Origin: Candidatus Pacearchaeota archaeon
GTDB lineage: Archaea > Nanobdellota > Nanobdellia > Pacearchaeales > GW2011-AR1
Direction: 5' to 3'
DNA: 17,825 bases
Assembly (NCBI GenBank): GCA_016186375.1
Contig: JACPLS010000027.1
Location: forward strand, 1 to 17,825
The notes under the pieces were generated by a model. That model did not search any database. It was not told the origin of the DNA and saw only the letters and a list, made by a program, of their open reading frames with translations. The translations under genes and the position numbers were made by a program. Below, piece after piece: positions 13,924-17,825 of this stretch; within the stretch, counting starts at the first letter, position 1; each line of letters starts with the position of its first letter.

Positions 13924-13934
13924 ATATATAAATT
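13924..13934 (-). promoter_or_regulatory. TATA-like box (minus strand aatttatatat) for the P-loop gene
   Basis: It ends 20 nt upstream of ATG 13903. Confidence 0.5.
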
Positions 13935-14012
13935 AAGTTGTATTTAATTTTTATGCAAATCATAAAAATTTCCATATTTTTAACCACTCAAATTGTATAC
14001 TAAATTGAAGAG

Positions 14013-14026
14013 AAATATTTAAATAC
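14013..14026 (+). promoter_or_regulatory. TATA-like box (aaatatttaaatac)
   Basis: It ends 20 nt upstream of ATG 14047. Confidence 0.5.
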
Positions 14027-14046
14027 ATCATTTCAATAAAAAAATT

Positions 14047-14247
14047 ATGAATAAATGGACTGAACTTTTATTAGGCCTGATTTTGGTTGTAGGAGTAATT
14101 ATCTTATCTTTCTATTCACAAAGCTGGGGCACCAAATGGAACTTCCTTAGTGCTGCCTGGACAGTTTTGAAGGGTGGAGTTATCTGGTTCATCTTCGCAA
14201 TAGGAATTCTTTTCATTATTCTTGGTATCTCTGATCTGAAAGGATAA
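14047..14247 (+). CDS. Small membrane protein (66 aa, two predicted TM helices)
   Basis: Two hydrophobic helices: LLLGLILVVGVIILSF and VIWFIFAIGILFIILGI. It has its own TATA-like box at the standard spacing. Confidence 0.55.
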   Translation: MNKWTELLLGLILVVGVIILSFYSQSWGTKWNFLSAAWTVLKGGVIWFIFAIGILFIILGISDLKG

Positions 14248-14259
14248 AAATATTTATAC
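14246..14259 (+). promoter_or_regulatory. TATA-like box (aaaaatatttatac)
   Basis: It ends 20 nt upstream of ATG 14280. Confidence 0.5.
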
Positions 14260-14279
14260 TGCTCTTTCCTTCTTTATTT

Positions 14280-14729
14280 ATGATCCAAATAGACACTACA
14301 ATTCTTGCGGCTAATTATAAATTATTCTATATTCTTTTTGCTCTATTAATTTTTCTTGTAATTCTGTCAATTATAGGTTGGATAATTGTCCAAACAAAAA
14401 AAGACAAACCATCAGATGCACCAATAGCATTTCACAAATCTATCTCTTCTCTTATAATGTTAAGAGGTATTGTCTGGCTTGCTCTTTCTTATATAATAAT
14501 TAAACTCTCAATAGTAATAAATCTAACATTTTTAATGTTATTTGGAATAATTATTGGAGTTCTTCTCGGTTTAGGTGAATTAATTCTCTCTATCGGCCTT
14601 TTCACCAAAAAGCCATGGGCAGAATGGATTTTTCATAAAGTCAAACATTTCATCCTCGCACCTGTGACTGATAAAAAAGCTAATGAATTGCCAACTCAAA
14701 CTCTAATTAATAATCAAAACCCTGGCTAG
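14280..14729 (+). CDS. Membrane protein (149 aa, 3-4 predicted TM helices)
   Basis: Hydrophobic segments LFYILFALLIFLVILSIIGWIIV, GIVWLALSYIIIKLSIVINLTFLMLFGIIIGVLLGLGELILSIGLF. I recognise no family. Confidence 0.55.
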   Translation: MIQIDTTILAANYKLFYILFALLIFLVILSIIGWIIVQTKKDKPSDAPIAFHKSISSLIMLRGIVWLALSYIIIKLSIVINLTFLMLFGIIIGVLLGLGELILSIGLFTKKPWAEWIFHKVKHFILAPVTDKKANELPTQTLINNQNPG

Positions 14730-15337
14730 AACTTTATTTCCAAGCCTACACCAACTCCGAGAGAGTCTTTTTTTTGAAATCCATTATATCTTCCTTCCAC
14801 AACAAAGTAAAAATCTTTCTTAATTCGTTTCCCTAATTGAACTTCGGTCACAACATTATTTGGTCTAAAATTATAATCAAAAAAACCACTTATATACATA
14901 TCACCATTTCTAAAGTTCTTGTTGCCATACAAAACCACCTGTGCTCCATCATTTTCTGTTGCAAATGGATAAAACGTCATACCAAAAAACCCATTTTTCA
15001 TAATTTTAGAAAGATTTGGTTCATATGATATACCTAAACGATGTATTCCATTAGGATAAGAAAAATCTCTATTATATTCTCCTGAAATATTAATTCCTTG
15101 CCAAACTGTCTTTGAAAGTTTATATTCGCCATAAGCATTATCAAATTGTGCATTGTCTTCTTTGCTCATGAAAAAATCTGTAAAACCGAAAAATTTAGTT
15201 CCTAAAGGTAAAGTAGGTGCACTCAAAGTTACTGAAGCTGTTGGCATGCCTCTTGTATCATAATAAGAGCTAACTCCTCCAGCAATTTCAGCTCCTATAG
15301 TCTCTTTGGTCAAAACTCCTAATAAAACAAGTGCCAA
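14726..15337 (-). CDS. Outer-membrane-type beta-barrel-like protein (Tsx / DUF5020-like by eye)
   Basis: Repeated amphipathic alternating segments: ASVTLSA, FFGFTDFF, AYGEYKLSK, GINISGEY, RLGISYEP, FFGMTFYPF, AQVVLYG, MYISGFFDYNF, VVTEVQLG, FYFVVEGRY. The C-terminus DSLGVGVGLEIKF ends in Phe. The only start candidate is TTG 15337. Confidence 0.5.
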   Translation of the reverse strand: MALVLLGVLTKETIGAEIAGGVSSYYDTRGMPTASVTLSAPTLPLGTKFFGFTDFFMSKEDNAQFDNAYGEYKLSKTVWQGINISGEYNRDFSYPNGIHRLGISYEPNLSKIMKNGFFGMTFYPFATENDGAQVVLYGNKNFRNGDMYISGFFDYNFRPNNVVTEVQLGKRIKKDFYFVVEGRYNGFQKKDSLGVGVGLEIKF

Positions 15338-15357
15338 AATACCTTTCTTTGTTGTTT

Positions 15358-15687
15358 TTAATTTCGTTTTTTATATATATCCGTCCTTATTTTATAAAAA
15401 TCAGAATCATATTTAGGAAAACTATAATCTCCTTCTCTAATTATTTTTTCACCATAAATTTTACTTTCTAATACAATATAATCCAAATGATGATCATTTG
15501 CTAAATCATGAAATTCCGCTTTTTTAAAATAAATATAGGGCGTTACAATGTAAACTGTCTCATTAGAATTAAATCTTTTTTCTACAACGAGTTCTCGCCT
15601 TCTACACCCTGAAAAAGTTAAAATTCCAGCAAGTGCTAAAAGAAATAATCGTTCTTTTATTTTAGTTTTTTCTCCTTTCTTTATCAT
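15358..15687 (-). CDS. Putative lipoprotein (109 aa)
   Basis: MIKKGEKTKIKERLFLLALAGILTFSGC has a Lys-rich n-region, a hydrophobic core and a lipobox-like FSGC. It lies 20 nt upstream of the barrel-like gene on the same strand. Confidence 0.5.
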   Translation of the reverse strand: MIKKGEKTKIKERLFLLALAGILTFSGCRRRELVVEKRFNSNETVYIVTPYIYFKKAEFHDLANDHHLDYIVLESKIYGEKIIREGDYSFPKYDSDFYKIRTDIYKKRN

Positions 15688-15707
15688 TCTTCCTCATAAG
15701 TTATTAC

Positions 15708-15716
15708 TATATAATT
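15708..15716 (-). promoter_or_regulatory. TATA-like box (minus strand aattatata) for the lipoprotein/barrel pair
   Basis: It ends 20 nt upstream of ATG 15687. Confidence 0.45.
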
Positions 15717-15745
15717 ACTATAAATAAGATATATTTAAATATTAA

Positions 15746-15763
15746 CTCTCTATTTTTAGAGAG
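15746..15763. promoter_or_regulatory. Inverted repeat CTCTCTA-N4-TAGAGAG in the divergent promoter region (candidate operator)
   Basis: Perfect 7-bp arms. It lies 7 nt upstream of the trmB-like TATA box and about 30 nt from the lipoprotein-gene TATA box. Confidence 0.4.
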
Positions 15764-15770
15764 CTATAGA

Positions 15771-15783
15771 AAAATATAAAAAG
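15771..15783 (+). promoter_or_regulatory. TATA-like box (aaaatataaaaag) for the TrmB-family gene
   Basis: It ends 20 nt upstream of ATG 15804. Confidence 0.5.
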
Positions 15784-15803
15784 ATATAATTCAATAAAAA
15801 AGT

Positions 15804-16517
15804 ATGGATTTTTCAGTTTTAGAAGAACTTGGTTTGAGTAAAGGAGAAATAAAAGTATATCTTGCACTTTTAGAGCAAGGCGTAAGCAAGGTTGGAACAA
15901 TAATTGAAAAAACAGAAATAGCTAGTTCAGCAGTTCATAACTCTCTTCACACTCTATTAAATAAAGGTTTAATCTCTTATATTAAAAAGGGGAAGATTCG
16001 ATATTATCAAGCGTCTCCTCCAAAATATTTAGAAAATTTCTTCAAACAAAAGTTAGAAAGACTAAAAGAAATTCTCCCTATAATTGAAGAAAAACAAAAG
16101 ATAAGAGAAAAACAAGAAGCAGAAGTTTTTGAAGGAATTAAAGGTGTAACTACAATGCTTAACCTTCTCATAGAAGATACTAAAAAAGGAGAAGAATATC
16201 TCTTTTTTGCAACATATATAATTGGTAAAAATAAAGAAATACAAGAATTCTTTGAAAAATACGATTTTAGGCGAAAAGAAAAAGGTCTATATGTAAGGGG
16301 GCTTGCCTTGCCTGAATTAAAACCTCTATTCTTAAATCGAAATAAAATTCTACATATAAAATATCCAAAATTTCCAATTCCAAAAGATGTCAGCATAGTT
16401 AAAGATACAATCTGCCTTATTTCGTGGGGAGAAAGACCAATCGGATTCTTAATACGCTCAAAGCAAATTGCAGAGATGTATAGAAGTTTATTCAATGAAG
16501 TATGGAACAAAACATAA
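15804..16517 (+). CDS. trmB: TrmB-family transcriptional regulator
   Basis: The N-terminus LEELGLSKGEIKVYLALLEQGVSKVGTIIEKTEIASSAVHNSLHTLLNKGLISYIKKGKIRYYQA is the characteristic TrmB wHTH. A ~140-aa C-terminal effector-type domain follows. Confidence 0.85.
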   Translation: MDFSVLEELGLSKGEIKVYLALLEQGVSKVGTIIEKTEIASSAVHNSLHTLLNKGLISYIKKGKIRYYQASPPKYLENFFKQKLERLKEILPIIEEKQKIREKQEAEVFEGIKGVTTMLNLLIEDTKKGEEYLFFATYIIGKNKEIQEFFEKYDFRRKEKGLYVRGLALPELKPLFLNRNKILHIKYPKFPIPKDVSIVKDTICLISWGERPIGFLIRSKQIAEMYRSLFNEVWNKT

Positions 16518-16528
16518 TCACCACAATT

Positions 16529-16540
16529 AATTTATATTTC
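16529..16540 (+). promoter_or_regulatory. TATA-like box (aatttatatttc) for nreA
   Basis: The tttatat core ends 20 nt upstream of ATG 16558. Confidence 0.5.
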
Positions 16541-16557
16541 ATCTAATTAACATTTTA

Positions 16558-17718
16558 ATGCCCTTCTGCAAGATCTGCAACATCTGGAATTGCGACAAAC
16601 ACATGTTTTTCATAGGGAAAACCAGATTAATTAAGAAATTCTCCGGTTCAAGCCCGCCAGAAATTTTCGTGGGAAAGTGGAATTATCCGAATGTTTATAC
16701 AGGAATCCTATCACCAGAAGAACATGGAGACACTTCTCTCCTCTCATCACCAGAAGCATGGCATTCAAATAAACTATCAATCCCACAAATCTTGGAAAAT
16801 AGAAATAAGCTTATCTACGGAAGAACTCAGAGCCATATTAAAAAACATCACTCAAATTTTCTTTCAGTTATGCAAGAAGTAGCCATGACTCAAAAATCAA
16901 TATCTCTGGATTTCCAGTTAAAAAAACCAATAACAAAACAAGAAGAACAAGCTTCTAATGCTCCATTAATATCAAAAGCTGCAGAAGTTTCTTCGGTTCG
17001 CCTCCAGGAAAACCCCTCTGTAAAGCCAAAAATAGATTATTTAGTCAATGATAATGATGCAAAATCCTCAATTGCAATGTTAGAACTCGAAAAAGTTGGA
17101 ATTGGAACTTCATCAATTATCAAGCTCTTATCAGCAGGGCTCCTTGGTCTCAAACATCAGAGGAAATTAGTTCCCACAAGGTGGGCAATCACAGCAACAG
17201 ATGACCTTCTCTCAAAAGAAAAATTGAAATCAATTCGTCAATTTTCAGAATTATCAGAGATTCAAGTCTTCTCCGCTTATTACTTAGGAAACCATTATGA
17301 ATTTCTATTGTTGCCAGAAAAATGGAGTTTTGAAGTTATTGAAATTTCTCTTAAAAACCTTGGCGTCTGGCAAGATTATGAATCCTTCTTCCCAAGAAAA
17401 ATTTATGCAGATAGTGTTACAGGAGCTTATTACGTAAACCGTCTTGCAGTTAGCGAATATCTAGAAAAAATAAAGCGTCAGGCTTCCTGTATAGTTTTCA
17501 GAGAAGTTAGGCAAGAATACTCTTCTCCTCTTGGTGTCGGCATTTTAAGGCAAACATCTAGAGAAGCTTTTTCACAACAACCAAAAAAGTTCAACACTCT
17601 TAATAAAGCCCTAGAAGATATTCAACAAAGATTAAAATTAAAAATTGATAATTTTACATCAAAATCTATATTGCTAAGAAATCATGGAATACAAAAAAAG
17701 CTCGAGAGCTTTTTTTAA
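16558..17718 (+). CDS. nreA: Nre-family archaeal DNA repair protein (NreA-like) with a C-terminal PCNA-interacting PIP box
   Basis: An N-terminal Cys/His cluster (CKICNIWNCDKH), then GSSPPEIFVGKWNYPNVYTGILSP and VPTRWAITATDD blocks typical of Nre (DUF650/651) proteins. The extreme C-terminus QKKLESFF fits Q-x-x-[LIM]-x-x-[FY][FY]. Confidence 0.8.
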   Translation: MPFCKICNIWNCDKHMFFIGKTRLIKKFSGSSPPEIFVGKWNYPNVYTGILSPEEHGDTSLLSSPEAWHSNKLSIPQILENRNKLIYGRTQSHIKKHHSNFLSVMQEVAMTQKSISLDFQLKKPITKQEEQASNAPLISKAAEVSSVRLQENPSVKPKIDYLVNDNDAKSSIAMLELEKVGIGTSSIIKLLSAGLLGLKHQRKLVPTRWAITATDDLLSKEKLKSIRQFSELSEIQVFSAYYLGNHYEFLLLPEKWSFEVIEISLKNLGVWQDYESFFPRKIYADSVTGAYYVNRLAVSEYLEKIKRQASCIVFREVRQEYSSPLGVGILRQTSREAFSQQPKKFNTLNKALEDIQQRLKLKIDNFTSKSILLRNHGIQKKLESFF

Positions 17719-17825
17719 TTAAATTTCACCACATTTCTAATCTTTTCGCCATACTGTTCTCTGCCTGTGTGATATACTACATTCCCACAAATATACTTAT
17801 CAATTGCTCTTCTTTCAAATGGCAT
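17715..17825 (-). CDS. Partial or short ORF at the window edge (..MPFERRAIDKYICGNVVYHTGREQYGEKIRNVVKFN*)
   Basis: The frame is open from the last base of the window to TAA at 17715-17717. An ATG falls at 17823-17825, but the ORF may continue beyond the window. I recognise no family. Confidence 0.3.
   Translation of the reverse strand: MPFERRAIDKYICGNVVYHTGREQYGEKIRNVVKFN

Noticed and set aside
16007-16510. A 167-aa ORF antisense to the TrmB gene, and a 60-aa ORF at 16062-16244.
   Set aside because: These are shadow ORFs on the strand opposite a confidently identified gene. The translation is Ser/Phe/Ile-rich and low in complexity, as expected from antisense AT-rich coding DNA.
1-17825. The possibility that the contig is bacterial (for example CPR), given the lipobox protein, the OMP-like barrel, VapBC and UPP synthase.
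   Set aside because: Sec61-beta, deoxyhypusine synthase, NreA with a PIP box, TrmB and the TATA-box promoter geometry all point to an archaeon. The bacterial-looking cassette is therefore treated as the anomaly.

Overview
This is a strongly AT-rich, tightly packed 17.8-kb window. I read it as an archaeal chromosome segment, probably from a small-genome DPANN-like lineage; that placement is an inference. It rests on a Sec61-beta/SecG homologue, deoxyhypusine synthase, a NreA-type repair protein with a C-terminal PIP box, a TrmB regulator, and TATA-like boxes ending about 20 nt before first-gene ATGs, which suggests leaderless mRNAs. I support about 23 coding regions. They are a partial PIN gene, a hypothetical protein, an EndoIII-like glycosylase lacking the Fe-S cysteines, a VapBC pair, a DUF2238/YjdF membrane protein, Sec61-beta, and deoxyhypusine synthase. 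Next come a GC-richer orphan, an overlapping pair encoding a DHH/DHHA1 RecJ-like phosphoesterase and an acylphosphatase-UPP synthase fusion, and a secreted Cys-rich beta-helix protein. Then a wHTH-nucleotidyltransferase, an 884-aa ArsR-HTH/TM/beta-propeller protein, a Tmk-like P-loop protein, and two small membrane proteins. The list ends with a lipoprotein plus Tsx-like beta-barrel pair, TrmB, NreA, and a partial ORF at the right edge. I found no rRNA, tRNA, transposase or convincing CRISPR array. The most interesting items are: (1) a bacterial-type lipoprotein plus outer-membrane-like beta-barrel cassette driven by an archaeal-style promoter; (2) twin perfect 22-nt repeats bracketing a TATA box upstream of a 30-codon ORF coupled to the wHTH-nucleotidyltransferase; (3) a membrane-tethered HTH/beta-propeller protein preceded by a perfect 36-nt palindrome; (4) twin 25-nt GC-rich hairpin repeats at 60-nt spacing in the same spacer; (5) a roughly 160-nt structured intergenic candidate RNA next to vapBC. 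All family assignments come from motif recognition by eye. No searches were run.
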